A DNA stretch of 64,000 nucleotides from an uncultured Lachnospiraceae bacterium (GTDB lineage Bacteria; Bacillota; Clostridia; Lachnospirales; Lachnospiraceae): NCBI GenBank assembly GCA_934364805.1, contig CAKRMH010000004.1, positions 82,668 through 146,667 on the forward strand, read 5' to 3'. The notes beneath the pieces are model-generated. The model did no database searches, was not told the DNA's origin, and was given only the letters and a program-made list of their open reading frames with translations. Of this stretch, positions 21,162 to 31,486 are shown piece by piece (the stretch's first letter is position 1; the number at the start of each line of letters is the position of its first letter). Both the position numbers and the translations under genes were made by a program.

Positions 21162-21288
21162 TCCTGTTCTCCTTAAATGACAAAATATTTCTATTTTTTG
21201 ATATGAATATTATAGCATTTGCATCATTTTTTTACTAGAATATCTTTCAGAAGGATATAGGACGTTAAATGATTTGGAGGATAAAGAA

Positions 21289-24081
21289 ATGCGTAAAAAT
21301 ACAATTGGAGTTCCATTACCTGGATTTGGGGAATATTGCAGAAAAATGGCAGCAGAAGGTGCAGTTCTTTTAAAGAATGAAGATCAGATGCTTCCAATAA
21401 AAAAGAATGAGAAAATCTCTGTTTTTGGGCGTTGTCAGTTTGAAACATATCGAAGCGGTACCGGTTCCGGTGGTGCTGTCAATGTACCGTATCATGTGGA
21501 CATTCTTGATGCGATGCGAAAAAGCGGGGAATTTTGTATCAACGAACAGCTTGCGTCTGTTTACGAGGAATGGCTGAAGGATCATCCATTTGACAATGGC
21601 GGAGGCGGCTGGGCTGCGGAACCGTGGAATCAGAAAGAGATGATCATTACAGACGAAATTGCACATACAGCAGCGGCACAGTCACAAAAAGCAATTTTTA
21701 TCATCGGCCGTACTGCGGGGGAAGATAAAGATTATGTCAATGAAGAGGGCAGTTATCTTCTGACGGAGGAAGAACGTGCAAATCTGAAGATGGTTACCCG
21801 GTATTTTACAGAGGTTGCCGTACTTTTGAATGTATCAAATATCATTGATATGAAGTGGTGCAAAGCTCCGGAATATCTTGGACATATCAAAAGCATCTGC
21901 TATATCTGGCAGGGTGGAATGGAAAGTGGCAATGCAGTAGCAGATCTACTTTGCGGAAAAGTGACACCGAGTGGAAAGCTGACAGATACGATCGCAGAAT
22001 CTCTGCAGGATTATCCGGCTTTTGATCATTTCGGAGATGAAAAAGAGAACTGCTATACCGAAGATATTTATGTGGGATATCGTTATTTTGAGACATTTTG
22101 TCCGGAAAAAGTCATGTTTGAATTTGGCTATGGATTGTCTTATACCGAATTTACAAGGACAGTTACCGAAGCGCATGTGACTGGAAGCGGTACGCATGCG
22201 GTTGTTGAGATTCTAGTCCATGTGAAAAACACGGGTGCATATAAAGGAAAAGAAGTTGTACAGATTTATGTGGAGGCTCCGCAGGGAAAACTCGGAAAAG
22301 CAAAACGTGTCCTCTGCGCTTTTAAAAAGACCGGAGAACTTCAGCCGGGAGATTCAGAACTTCTCACTTTCCAGATTCCAGTGTCAAGGTTGGCTTCTTA
22401 TGATGATTCCGGCGTGACAGGACACCGCTTTTGTTATGTTCTGGAAGAAGGCACATATGTATTATATGCAGGAAGCAGTGTACGGGAAGTGGAACAGGTA
22501 TCGATAGAAGGAAGTGGAAATTATTCCGTAGAGAAAACACTTGTCATGGAAACACTTAGGGAAGCACTTGCACCGGTAAAGGCATTCAAACGCATTCGTC
22601 CCGGAAAAGAAAAAGAAAACGGCTGCTACGAGGTGTGCAGTGAGGATGTGCCATTGAGAACCGTGGATTTACAGAAACGGATCGAAGAGCATCTTCCGAA
22701 AGAACTGCCGATTACCGGCGATACAGGAATCCGCCTTAAAGATGTGGCAGAGCAAAAGGCATCAATGGGAGCTTTTATTGCACAGATGGAAAAAGAAGAA
22801 CTTGCAACCATTGTGCGTGGTGAGGGAATGAGCAGTCCAAAGGTTACACCTGGAACGGCTGCTGCATTTGGCGGAGTCAGCGAAGGGCTGCATGCACTTG
22901 GAATTCCAGTTGCATGTGCATCAGACGGACCTTCCGGAATCCGTATGGAAGGTGGATTAAAAGCGACGCAGCTTCCGATTGGAACTTTGCTTGCATGTTC
23001 TTTTAATGTGCCAATGGTAGAAGAATTATATGTCATGGAAGGAAAAGAACTTGTCGGAAATGAAATCGATACATTGCTTGGTCCGGGAATTAACATTCAT
23101 CGTCATCCTTTAAACGGCAGAAACTTTGAATATTTCAGTGAAGATCCTTATGTGACAGGAACTTTTGCAGCGGCAGTGACACGCGGAATCAAGAAGGGAG
23201 GCTCTGTGGCAACGGTAAAACATTTTGCTGCAAATAACCAGGAAAAAGCACGCAGTATTGCAGACTCTGTTGTTTCAGAACGTGCACTCCGCGAGATTTA
23301 CCTGAAAGGATTTGAAATAGCGGTAAAAGATGGAAATGCGACATCTATCATGACTTCTTATAATCCTTTGAACGGACACTGGAACGCATCCAATTATGAT
23401 CTGAACACAACCATTCTCCGGGAAGAATGGGGATTTGACGGAATTGTGATGACCGACTGGTGGGCCAGCATGAATGATGTGGTTTCCGGTGGTGAACCGG
23501 GCAAAAAACTGACCTCGTCTATGATTCGTTCACAGAACGATCTGTACATGGTTGTGGATAACAACGGAGCTGCCCATAATGCAGCAGGCGATGACACGTT
23601 AGAAGCCTTGGAAAACGGCAAGCTGACACTTGGAGAATTACAGAGAAGTGCAGCAAATATCTGTCGTTTTATCTTGAATGCACCGGTTATGAAAAGACCG
23701 TTGAAGGCCTGGAACCAGATCATATCTGTCGAGCCGGCTGCTGTTGAAACTGTGAAGGGAACAAGCCAGACAATTGGAGCAGCATGCAGAGTGCTGATTG
23801 CAAAAGATACGACGGAAACTGTTCATGTAGAAAAGGCCGGAACGTATGAGATCACAGGGCAACTGAAATCCTCCCAGTCGAATATTGCACAGGCTGCCAT
23901 GAATCTTTACATGAATGACATTCTTCTTACAACAATCCAGATCAGTGGAACAGATGGAAACAGTACCGTCCAGAAGCTGATTTGTGTGGAACTGAAAGAA
24001 GGAGATTATACAGTGCGTGCAGAAGAAGTCAAGCCACAGATGGACCTGGAATGGCTTGAATTTAAACCAGTAAAAAAATAG
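21289..24081 (+). CDS. glycoside hydrolase family 3 (beta-glucosidase-like) with permuted domain order
   Basis: GH3 C-terminal-domain signature at the N-terminus (AAEGAVLLKNEDQMLPIKK..KISVFG). Fn3-like region (FGYGLSYTEF) around residue 290. The catalytic TIM-barrel motifs come late (ASDGPSGIRMEG, VKHFAANN, GIVMTDWWA). Confidence 0.75.
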   Translation: MRKNTIGVPLPGFGEYCRKMAAEGAVLLKNEDQMLPIKKNEKISVFGRCQFETYRSGTGSGGAVNVPYHVDILDAMRKSGEFCINEQLASVYEEWLKDHPFDNGGGGWAAEPWNQKEMIITDEIAHTAAAQSQKAIFIIGRTAGEDKDYVNEEGSYLLTEEERANLKMVTRYFTEVAVLLNVSNIIDMKWCKAPEYLGHIKSICYIWQGGMESGNAVADLLCGKVTPSGKLTDTIAESLQDYPAFDHFGDEKENCYTEDIYVGYRYFETFCPEKVMFEFGYGLSYTEFTRTVTEAHVTGSGTHAVVEILVHVKNTGAYKGKEVVQIYVEAPQGKLGKAKRVLCAFKKTGELQPGDSELLTFQIPVSRLASYDDSGVTGHRFCYVLEEGTYVLYAGSSVREVEQVSIEGSGNYSVEKTLVMETLREALAPVKAFKRIRPGKEKENGCYEVCSEDVPLRTVDLQKRIEEHLPKELPITGDTGIRLKDVAEQKASMGAFIAQMEKEELATIVRGEGMSSPKVTPGTAAAFGGVSEGLHALGIPVACASDGPSGIRMEGGLKATQLPIGTLLACSFNVPMVEELYVMEGKELVGNEIDTLLGPGINIHRHPLNGRNFEYFSEDPYVTGTFAAAVTRGIKKGGSVATVKHFAANNQEKARSIADSVVSERALREIYLKGFEIAVKDGNATSIMTSYNPLNGHWNASNYDLNTTILREEWGFDGIVMTDWWASMNDVVSGGEPGKKLTSSMIRSQNDLYMVVDNNGAAHNAAGDDTLEALENGKLTLGELQRSAANICRFILNAPVMKRPLKAWNQIISVEPAAVETVKGTSQTIGAACRVLIAKDTTETVHVEKAGTYEITGQLKSSQSNIAQAAMNLYMNDILLTTIQISGTDGNSTVQKLICVELKEGDYTVRAEEVKPQMDLEWLEFKPVKK

Positions 24082-24089
24082 TATTTTCG

Positions 24090-24148
24090 ATGACCCCTGT
24101 CTATGTTACAATCGTAACAATAGTAATGTAGACGGGGGTCATTTGTTT
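24090..24148 (+). terminator. rho-independent terminator after GH3 (long nested hairpin)
   Basis: 14-bp stem ATGACCCCTGTCTA/TAGACGGGGGTCAT followed by TTGTTT. The loop itself contains the palindrome GTTACAATCGTAAC. Confidence 0.6.
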
Positions 24149-24188
24149 GGAGTTTATGTTTGAGAAAAAAGAGGGAGAAAAATAAAAA

Positions 24189-25490
24189 ATGCAATACAGC
24201 AAACTACAGATCGGCTGCATGATCATTGTATTATATGTGACATGTAATTACATCAGAGAGAAAAGAAGCTATCAGATTCAGGATAAAAATCGTGTATTTG
24301 GGTGGCTTTTGGGCATCGCAATTTATGGAATTGCCATGGATGGAATTACTGCATATACGGTGAATCATCTGGAACAGGTACCAGCACCGCTGAACCGTTT
24401 TCTGCATCTACAGTTTCTTCTCGCTATCGATACCTTTGTATTCGTAATGTATTTGTATATCCGCAAGATTACAGGAGGACTGCCGAAACGGAAAAAAACA
24501 TGGATGTTACTTTTGACTCCGCTCATATTGAACCTTGGAATTGTGATAATTGGTATTTCGGAACTTCATTATGACAAGGGACGTGTGACAAATTATTCTA
24601 TGGGATTGTCAGCATATACCTGTTTTGTAATGTTTGCAGTGTATATGTTTGCCGCAATCGGTCTTTTGCTGCTTTACTGGAGAAATATCGGAAGACATAA
24701 GGAAATTACGATACTGACCTGTCTGGGAGCGGCTTTTCTTGTGACATTTTATCAGATGTTTCAGCCGGAGGCTCTGCTTACAGCACTTGTTCCAACTATT
24801 GTGATTACGGGGATTTATCTGAACATGGAGAATCCGTTACTTACCGAACTGAAAAAACATAATGATGAGATGGTGATGGGATTTGCAACACTTGTTGAGA
24901 ACCGGGATAACAGTACAGGAGGGCATATCAAGCGTACGACTGCCTATGTCAGAACTCTTGCAGAAGAATTGAGAGACAGAGGATATTACAAAAAACAACT
25001 GACAAAAGCATATATCGAAACGCTTGCGATGGCTGCACCAATGCATGATGTTGGAAAAATCGCAATTCCGGACGCTATTTTACAGAAACCGGGTAAACTT
25101 ACTGATGAAGAATATGAGATCATGAAAACGCATGCAGCGCATGGAGGTGAAATTGTTCTGGAACTGTTTGGACATACCGGGGATGAAGAATATGAAAAGA
25201 TGGCATATGAAGTGGCAAGATATCATCATGAAAAATGGAATGGCAAAGGCTATCCGGATGGAATTGCAGGAGAAAAAATACCGTTGAGTGCGAGAATTAT
25301 GGCAGTTTCCGATGTTTTTGATGCAGTATCGGCAAAGCGGTGTTACCGGGATGCTCTTCCTTTGGAAGAATGTTTTCAGATTATTGAAGAAGGGAAAGGG
25401 CAGGACTTTGATCCGGTGATTGCAGAGGTGTTTCTGGAGATCAAAGATCAGATCAGGAAAATTTATGAACAACAGGTCAATCTGCGTTGA
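24189..25490 (+). CDS. 7TM-receptor-linked HD-GYP domain c-di-GMP phosphodiesterase
   Basis: About 7 N-terminal TM helices. HD motif (MHDVGK) and HHEKWNGKGYPDG = HD-GYP signature. Confidence 0.75.
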   Translation: MQYSKLQIGCMIIVLYVTCNYIREKRSYQIQDKNRVFGWLLGIAIYGIAMDGITAYTVNHLEQVPAPLNRFLHLQFLLAIDTFVFVMYLYIRKITGGLPKRKKTWMLLLTPLILNLGIVIIGISELHYDKGRVTNYSMGLSAYTCFVMFAVYMFAAIGLLLLYWRNIGRHKEITILTCLGAAFLVTFYQMFQPEALLTALVPTIVITGIYLNMENPLLTELKKHNDEMVMGFATLVENRDNSTGGHIKRTTAYVRTLAEELRDRGYYKKQLTKAYIETLAMAAPMHDVGKIAIPDAILQKPGKLTDEEYEIMKTHAAHGGEIVLELFGHTGDEEYEKMAYEVARYHHEKWNGKGYPDGIAGEKIPLSARIMAVSDVFDAVSAKRCYRDALPLEECFQIIEEGKGQDFDPVIAEVFLEIKDQIRKIYEQQVNLR

Positions 25491-25598
25491 AAATACATAT
25501 ATTATGTGCTAAAATTATTTAGAATGTCTTAAGTTTTTAAGTTATAAAGCATATTATCAGAAGGCGCAAGGCCTTGATCATAGGAGGTTATAGAACAA

Positions 25599-26279
25599 AT
25601 GGAAAGCTATAAGAGCGAATTTATAGAATTTATGGTAGAAAGTGATGTCCTGAAATTTGGTGATTTTACATTAAAGAGTGGACGTAAATCACCTTTTTTT
25701 ATGAATGCAGGAGCATATGTAACAGGCGCACAGCTTAAGAGACTGGGCGAGTATTATGCAAAAGCGATCCACAGCAATTTCGGAGATGATTTTGATGTGC
25801 TGTTTGGACCGGCATATAAAGGAATCCCGCTTGCTGTTGTAACAGCGATCGCATACCATGAATTATACGGAAAAGAAGTCCGTTACTGCTCAGACCGTAA
25901 GGAAGTCAAAGATCATGGCGCAGATAAGGGAGGCTTTCTTGGAAGCAGCTTAAAAGACGGCGACAGAGTCGTAATGATCGAGGATGTAACGACTTCCGGC
26001 AAATCCATGGAAGAGACAGTGCCAAAAGTAAGATCCGCAGCAGATGTCCAGATCGTTGGTCTGATGGTCAGCCTAAACCGCATGGAAGTCGGACAGGGTG
26101 GAAAAGTAAGTGCACTGGATGAGATCAAAGAGAAATACGGATTTGAAGGCAAAGCAATCGTGACAATGGAAGAAGTGGTAGAACATCTTTACAATCATGA
26201 GTGTCAGGGGAAAGTCGTAATCAATGATGAGATAAAAGCAGCAATCGATCATTATTATGATCAGTATGGCTGCAAGTAA
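25599..26279 (+). CDS. pyrE: orotate phosphoribosyltransferase
   Basis: FGDFTLKSGRKSPFFMNAG and VMIEDVTTSG PRPP-binding motif. Confidence 0.85.
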   Translation: MESYKSEFIEFMVESDVLKFGDFTLKSGRKSPFFMNAGAYVTGAQLKRLGEYYAKAIHSNFGDDFDVLFGPAYKGIPLAVVTAIAYHELYGKEVRYCSDRKEVKDHGADKGGFLGSSLKDGDRVVMIEDVTTSGKSMEETVPKVRSAADVQIVGLMVSLNRMEVGQGGKVSALDEIKEKYGFEGKAIVTMEEVVEHLYNHECQGKVVINDEIKAAIDHYYDQYGCK

Positions 26280-26742
26280 AAAAACGCGGCACAGAATTGC
26301 TCTGCTTTTGTTTGGCGCGTATCTGGTTCTATTGTTCTATTTCCTGTTCTTTTCAGAAGCGATGGGAAGATCTGGAATAGATGCAGAGTATCATTATAAC
26401 CTGACTCCCTTTCTTGAGATCAAACGATTTCTCAGGTATCGGGATGTCCTTGGGCCTGAGGCGGTATTCTTGAATATTTTCGGAAATGTGATCGCTTTCA
26501 TGCCCTTTGGTTTTTTTGTACCGATGATTACAAAGTGGCATAAAAATATTGCATATGTCACATTATACAGCTTTGAACTGAGCCTTCTTGCGGAAACCAT
26601 GCAGCTGGTATTTAAGATTGGAAGTTTTGATATCGATGACCTGATGCTGAATACGCTGGGAGGCTTATGTGGCTGTATGATATATCATATTATGAAACAA
26701 ATCAGGAGTATGTACCATGGCATTCGGAAAAAGAAAGCGTAA
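26257..26742 (+). CDS. VanZ family membrane protein
   Basis: NLTPFLEIKRF, NVIAFMPFGFF and DIDDLMLNTLGG motifs typical of VanZ-like proteins. Confidence 0.7.
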   Translation: MISMAASKKTRHRIALLLFGAYLVLLFYFLFFSEAMGRSGIDAEYHYNLTPFLEIKRFLRYRDVLGPEAVFLNIFGNVIAFMPFGFFVPMITKWHKNIAYVTLYSFELSLLAETMQLVFKIGSFDIDDLMLNTLGGLCGCMIYHIMKQIRSMYHGIRKKKA

Positions 26743-27049
26743 TCGCTTTAAATTTACGGAAAAAAAACATTCAAAAAAGGGTATACTGGCAACCGTACTC
26801 GGAATTGGGCTGATCGCTGTGTATGTTGCATTTGTAATACTTGCCTTCAGACAAAACGGTGGACTGTCCGTGTATTATGGCAGTGCTGGTGTATTTGCGA
26901 TGTTTGGAGTGATCCTGGATCTGGTATTGGCGATCCAGAGTCTGAGAGAAGAGAATTCGTTTCCATTGTTTCCGAGACTGGCACTTTTTGTTGCAGTGAT
27001 CTCGGCAGCCGGCTGGTTCGGTACATATACAATGGGAATTCTAGTATAA
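26717..27049 (+). CDS. small membrane protein (3 TM), hypothetical
   Basis: Basic N-terminus followed by three hydrophobic helices. Overlaps the VanZ stop. Confidence 0.45.
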   Translation: MAFGKRKRNRFKFTEKKHSKKGILATVLGIGLIAVYVAFVILAFRQNGGLSVYYGSAGVFAMFGVILDLVLAIQSLREENSFPLFPRLALFVAVISAAGWFGTYTMGILV

Positions 27050-27064
27050 TAGTAAGGTGGCAAA

Positions 27065-29095
27065 ATGAAATATCGGGAACTGATCAGGAAAACAAATGAA
27101 GAAATGAAAGAACGTCTGGAACTTGTAATGGAACGGGTAAAGGAGATTTCTATAAACCCGGAGACAAAAGCACCGTATGATGCATATTACAGGCAGGTGG
27201 CAGCGTATCTGACATTTCTTTATTCTGTTTATGAAAAAGCCTGCAGAGGGGAACTTTCACACATGTCAGAACGTGACGGAAAGGCCTGCAATGAGGCTTT
27301 ATTTGCAGAGATTCAAAAAGAAAATTATAAAACCAGTTTTGCAAATCCGGCGTATGCAGTCCGGATACTGGGAGAGGAGTATGGACAGATTCTCAGTGCA
27401 GTCTATGCATTGGTAAGGAATACGGCAGCCTGTGTATTTGAAGGGAATTGTCAGTATCTTTGTATTTATGCGGAACTTTTTGTGGAGCTGCATACGTATT
27501 TTGAGAATCCGGATGAATTGACAAGAGAAGAAATACGCCAGGCAGTGTATTCTTTTGAACACGATTATTCGGAAGTGTTTAATGAGGATTCCGTAAAACG
27601 TCTGGTAGACCCGGATTATGATTATTACACGGATATCGTTATGAACTCAGATCTGACAGACCTCAGTTATCTGTACCGCTATGGACGCTATATCAGTGCG
27701 AACGAGACCGGAATCGCAGCGTTTTTAAATGCACTTCCACAGGAAGATATTCAGGCGATGGCAGACACCTATACAGAGGGATACCGTATTGGCTTTGAAG
27801 TGACCAGAAAAGATCTGAGTATCAAGGAAACGGTAGAGATCCGTTATCCGGTCGGATTTGAGCGTATGGTACGCTGTGCAGTGGATAATTTTGCAAAACT
27901 GCATTTACGACCGGTTATGAAACCGTTTTCCACCGAGGCAAACAAACAGTATGTCTATGATCACAGGGAAGATCAGGCACTTTATCTGGATAAGGCACTT
28001 GTTGAACGTGGACTTGAGGTATACCGTACTGTTTTTGAAAAGGTGAAGAAAAAGGCGGCTCTTTATGCGGGACCGGCGGTGATCGAAGTATTTGGAGAAG
28101 AACCATTTTCACCGGAGACAAAGCTGGAAGCACCACATTTTAGTGAAAACCAGCAGCAGCTTCAGGTCTATCGCCAAAGCGGGTACAGCCAGATCATCAA
28201 CCAGTATATTAAGGGTGAGGAACGGAGCTTTACGATCATTTCCTATCCGGTTCCGGAGATCGGAGACCAGTTCCCGGAGATCTTTGCGGAGACAGTAAAG
28301 ATCAATACGTTAGATTACATGTTATATCGCAATATGCAGCAGAAGATCATTGATGTGCTTGACCGGGCAGATCATGTGCATATTGTTGGTGCAGAGGGCA
28401 ATAAAACAGATCTGGTCGTGACAACTTATCCGTTGACAGATCAGGGAACGCAGACCTCCTTTGAGAACTGTGTGGCAGATGTGAATATTCCGGTAGGAGA
28501 AGTGTTTACTTCCCCAGTATTAAAAGGAACGACAGGCAGGCTTCATGTAAGTCAGGTATATCTGAAAGGATTAAGCTATGAGAATCTGGAAATTGACTTT
28601 AAAGACGGAATGATCGAACATTATACATGTACGAATTTTGCAGATGAAAAAGAAAACCAGAAATACATCAGGGATAATATTCTCCATCATCATGATACAC
28701 TTCCGATGGGGGAATTTGCGATCGGAACGAATACGGTTGCATATGTGATGGCACGCAAATATCACATTGCAGACAAACTGCCGATTCTGATCGCAGAAAA
28801 GACCGGTCCGCATTTTGCGGTAGGAGACACCTGTTATACATACTGTGAGGATACGGCAGTGTATAATCCGGATGGAAAAGAGATCGTAGCAAGAGACAAT
28901 GAAATATCACTTCTTAGGAAAGAAGATCCGTCGAAGGCATACTTTAACTGTCACACCGATATTACGATCCCATATGATGAACTTGACAAAATCACTGCAA
29001 TCGGTAAAGATGGTATTAAAACAGATATCATATCGGGCGGACGGTTTGTTGTTCCGGGAACGGAGACCTTAAATGTACCGCTGGATCATGAATAA
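27065..29095 (+). CDS. M29 (AmpS/aminopeptidase T-like) aminopeptidase with ~370-aa N-terminal extension
   Basis: The C-terminal half matches M29 motifs (NIPVGEVFTSPV, LGEFAIGTN, HFAVGDTCY, CHTDITIP, DGIKTDIISGGRFV). The N-terminal 370 aa belong to no family I recognise. Confidence 0.6.
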   Translation: MKYRELIRKTNEEMKERLELVMERVKEISINPETKAPYDAYYRQVAAYLTFLYSVYEKACRGELSHMSERDGKACNEALFAEIQKENYKTSFANPAYAVRILGEEYGQILSAVYALVRNTAACVFEGNCQYLCIYAELFVELHTYFENPDELTREEIRQAVYSFEHDYSEVFNEDSVKRLVDPDYDYYTDIVMNSDLTDLSYLYRYGRYISANETGIAAFLNALPQEDIQAMADTYTEGYRIGFEVTRKDLSIKETVEIRYPVGFERMVRCAVDNFAKLHLRPVMKPFSTEANKQYVYDHREDQALYLDKALVERGLEVYRTVFEKVKKKAALYAGPAVIEVFGEEPFSPETKLEAPHFSENQQQLQVYRQSGYSQIINQYIKGEERSFTIISYPVPEIGDQFPEIFAETVKINTLDYMLYRNMQQKIIDVLDRADHVHIVGAEGNKTDLVVTTYPLTDQGTQTSFENCVADVNIPVGEVFTSPVLKGTTGRLHVSQVYLKGLSYENLEIDFKDGMIEHYTCTNFADEKENQKYIRDNILHHHDTLPMGEFAIGTNTVAYVMARKYHIADKLPILIAEKTGPHFAVGDTCYTYCEDTAVYNPDGKEIVARDNEISLLRKEDPSKAYFNCHTDITIPYDELDKITAIGKDGIKTDIISGGRFVVPGTETLNVPLDHE

Positions 29096-29113
29096 TAAGG
29101 AGGAACAAAAGTT

Positions 29114-29620
29114 ATGGCACAGGTAGGTATTGTAATGGGCAGCGATTCAGATATGCCGGTTATGGCAAAGGCTGCAGATATTTTAGAAAAGCTTGGTGTA
29201 AGCTATGAGATGACGATCATCTCAGCACACAGAGAGCCGGACGTATTTTTTGAGTATGCAAAGGGCGCAGAAGCCAAAGGGTTTAAAGTAATTATTGCAG
29301 GTGCAGGAATGGCCGCTCATCTTCCGGGAATGTGTGCAGCAATCTTCCCAATGCCGGTTATCGGTATTCCAATGCATACCACATCCCTGGGTGGAAGAGA
29401 TTCCTTATACAGCATTGTACAGATGCCAACCGGTATTCCGGTTGCAACCGTTGCGATCAATGGCGGTGCAAATGCCGGAATCCTTGCAGCAAAGATCCTT
29501 GCAACAAGTGACGCAGAGCTTCTTCAGAGATTAAAGGATTACTCCAAAGATCTGAAAGAGCAGGTTGAGGCAAAAGATGCACATCTGCAGGATGTTGGAT
29601 ATAAGAATTATTCCAAATAA
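29114..29620 (+). CDS. purE: 5-(carboxyamino)imidazole ribonucleotide mutase
   Basis: VGIVMGSDSDMPVM ... IAGAGMAAHLPGM, the canonical PurE. Confidence 0.9.
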   Translation: MAQVGIVMGSDSDMPVMAKAADILEKLGVSYEMTIISAHREPDVFFEYAKGAEAKGFKVIIAGAGMAAHLPGMCAAIFPMPVIGIPMHTTSLGGRDSLYSIVQMPTGIPVATVAINGGANAGILAAKILATSDAELLQRLKDYSKDLKEQVEAKDAHLQDVGYKNYSK

Positions 29621-29626
29621 GGACAA

Positions 29627-29668
29627 AAAGCATTGCCGCTGCCGGATTGACGGGGCAATGCTTTTCTT
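29627..29668 (+). terminator. rho-independent terminator after purE
   Basis: AGCATTGCC...GGCAATGCT stem followed by TTTTCTTATTTT. Confidence 0.6.
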
Positions 29669-29792
29669 ATTTTCTGATATTAGATATACTAATAAATTAG
29701 ATTATTATATATAATTGGAAATAATAAGAGTTTCAAGCTATACTATAGAAGTAATAACGGTAAAATGAACGTTTATAACAGGAGGAAACAAA

Positions 29793-30818
29793 ATGGATTA
29801 CAAGAATTCAGGTGTAGATATTGAAGCAGGATACGAATCAGTTGAACTGATGAAGAAATATGTTCAGGGAACGATGAGACCAGAAGTTTTAACAGGACTT
29901 GGCGGATTTTCCGGAGCATTTTCCATGGCTGCACTCAAGGATATGGAGAACCCAGTGCTTCTTTCCGGAACTGACGGATGTGGTACAAAGGTGAAGCTTG
30001 CATTCATTATGGATAAACACGATACTATCGGAATTGATGCAGTTGCAATGTGTGTAAATGACGTTGCATGTGCAGGTGGTGAGCCATTATTCTTCCTTGA
30101 CTATATTGCATGCGGTAAGAACTATCCAGAGAAGATCGCAACAATCGTAAGTGGTGTTGCTGAGGGATGCAAACAGTCCGGCTGTGCACTGATCGGTGGA
30201 GAGACCGCAGAACATCCGGGACTTATGCCGGAAGATGAGTATGATCTTGCTGGATTTGCAGTAGGTGTGGTAGACAAGAAAGACATTATCACAGGTGCAG
30301 ATGTAAAAGCAGGGGATGTGCTGATCGGTATGGCTTCTTCCGGAGTACATTCCAATGGATTTTCCCTGGTACGTAAGATCTTTAAGATGGATAAGGAAAC
30401 ATTAAATACTTATCATGAAGAATTAGGAACAACACTTGGTGAGGCACTTTTAGCTCCAACAAGAATTTATGTAAAAGCACTTCGTTCGATCAAGGACGCA
30501 GGGGTACGTGTAAAAGCATGCAGCCACATCACAGGTGGTGGATTCTACGAGAATGTTCCACGTATGCTTCCGGAAGGAAAACATGCTGTCATTGAGAAGA
30601 ACAGCTACCCAATTCCACCGATCTTTACAATGATGGCACGTGAAGGCCAGGTAGAAGAGAAAATGATGTATAACACCTATAATATGGGACTTGGAATGGT
30701 ACTTGCAGTAGATCCGGCTGATGTGGACAAGACAATGGAAGCAATCAAGGCAGCAGGAGATACTCCTTACGTAGTAGGTAAGATCACAGATGGAGAAAAG
30801 GGTGTAACTTTATGCTAA
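29793..30818 (+). CDS. purM: phosphoribosylformylglycinamidine cyclo-ligase
   Basis: AIR synthase motifs (GGFSGAF, DGCGTKV, ITGGGF). Confidence 0.9.
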   Translation: MDYKNSGVDIEAGYESVELMKKYVQGTMRPEVLTGLGGFSGAFSMAALKDMENPVLLSGTDGCGTKVKLAFIMDKHDTIGIDAVAMCVNDVACAGGEPLFFLDYIACGKNYPEKIATIVSGVAEGCKQSGCALIGGETAEHPGLMPEDEYDLAGFAVGVVDKKDIITGADVKAGDVLIGMASSGVHSNGFSLVRKIFKMDKETLNTYHEELGTTLGEALLAPTRIYVKALRSIKDAGVRVKACSHITGGGFYENVPRMLPEGKHAVIEKNSYPIPPIFTMMAREGQVEEKMMYNTYNMGLGMVLAVDPADVDKTMEAIKAAGDTPYVVGKITDGEKGVTLC

Positions 30819-31438
30819 AACTTGCAGTGTGTGTATCGGGTGGCGGAACAAACCTGCAGGCCATCATGGATGCCATTGACAATGGAACGATCACGAATGC
30901 CAGGATCGAAGTCGTGATCAGTAATAATAAAAACGCATATGCGCTGGAACGTGCGAAGAAACATGGAATCCAGTCCGTGTGCATCTCTCCGAAAGATTAT
31001 GAGAGCCGTGAAGCATTTAATCAGGATTTCCTTGCCAGACTGGATTCTTACCAGGTCGATCTGGTCGTACTTGCAGGATTTCTTGTTGTGATTCCGGAGG
31101 CAATGATAAAAAGTTACAGAAACCGGATTATCAACATTCATCCGTCACTGATCCCGTCGTTTTGCGGAACCGGATATTATGGACTTAAGGTTCATGAAGG
31201 AGTGTTAAACAGAGGCGTAAAAGTGACCGGAGCAACAGTACACTTTGTAGATGAAGGAACAGACACAGGTCCGATCATTTTACAGAAGGCCGTGGAAGTA
31301 AAACAGGATGATACACCGGAAGTACTTCAGAGACGTGTCATGGAGCAGGCGGAATGGATCATTATGCCTAAGGCAATCGATCTGATCGCAAACGGACGTG
31401 TTACGGTAAGCGACGGACATGTGCAGATCCATGAATAA
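30812..31438 (+). CDS. purN: phosphoribosylglycinamide formyltransferase
   Basis: LAVCVSGGGTNLQAI and INIHPSLIPSFCG (formyl-transferase motif). Confidence 0.9.
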   Translation: MLKLAVCVSGGGTNLQAIMDAIDNGTITNARIEVVISNNKNAYALERAKKHGIQSVCISPKDYESREAFNQDFLARLDSYQVDLVVLAGFLVVIPEAMIKSYRNRIINIHPSLIPSFCGTGYYGLKVHEGVLNRGVKVTGATVHFVDEGTDTGPIILQKAVEVKQDDTPEVLQRRVMEQAEWIIMPKAIDLIANGRVTVSDGHVQIHE

Positions 31439-31486
31439 TATTTTGAAAATAACAAATAAATAATTGCGAAAGAAAGGACAAATCAT

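Noticed and set aside
29621-29792. Purine riboswitch upstream of purM
   Set aside because: The conserved core sequences (UUUCUACC, CCGUAAAU) are not present.
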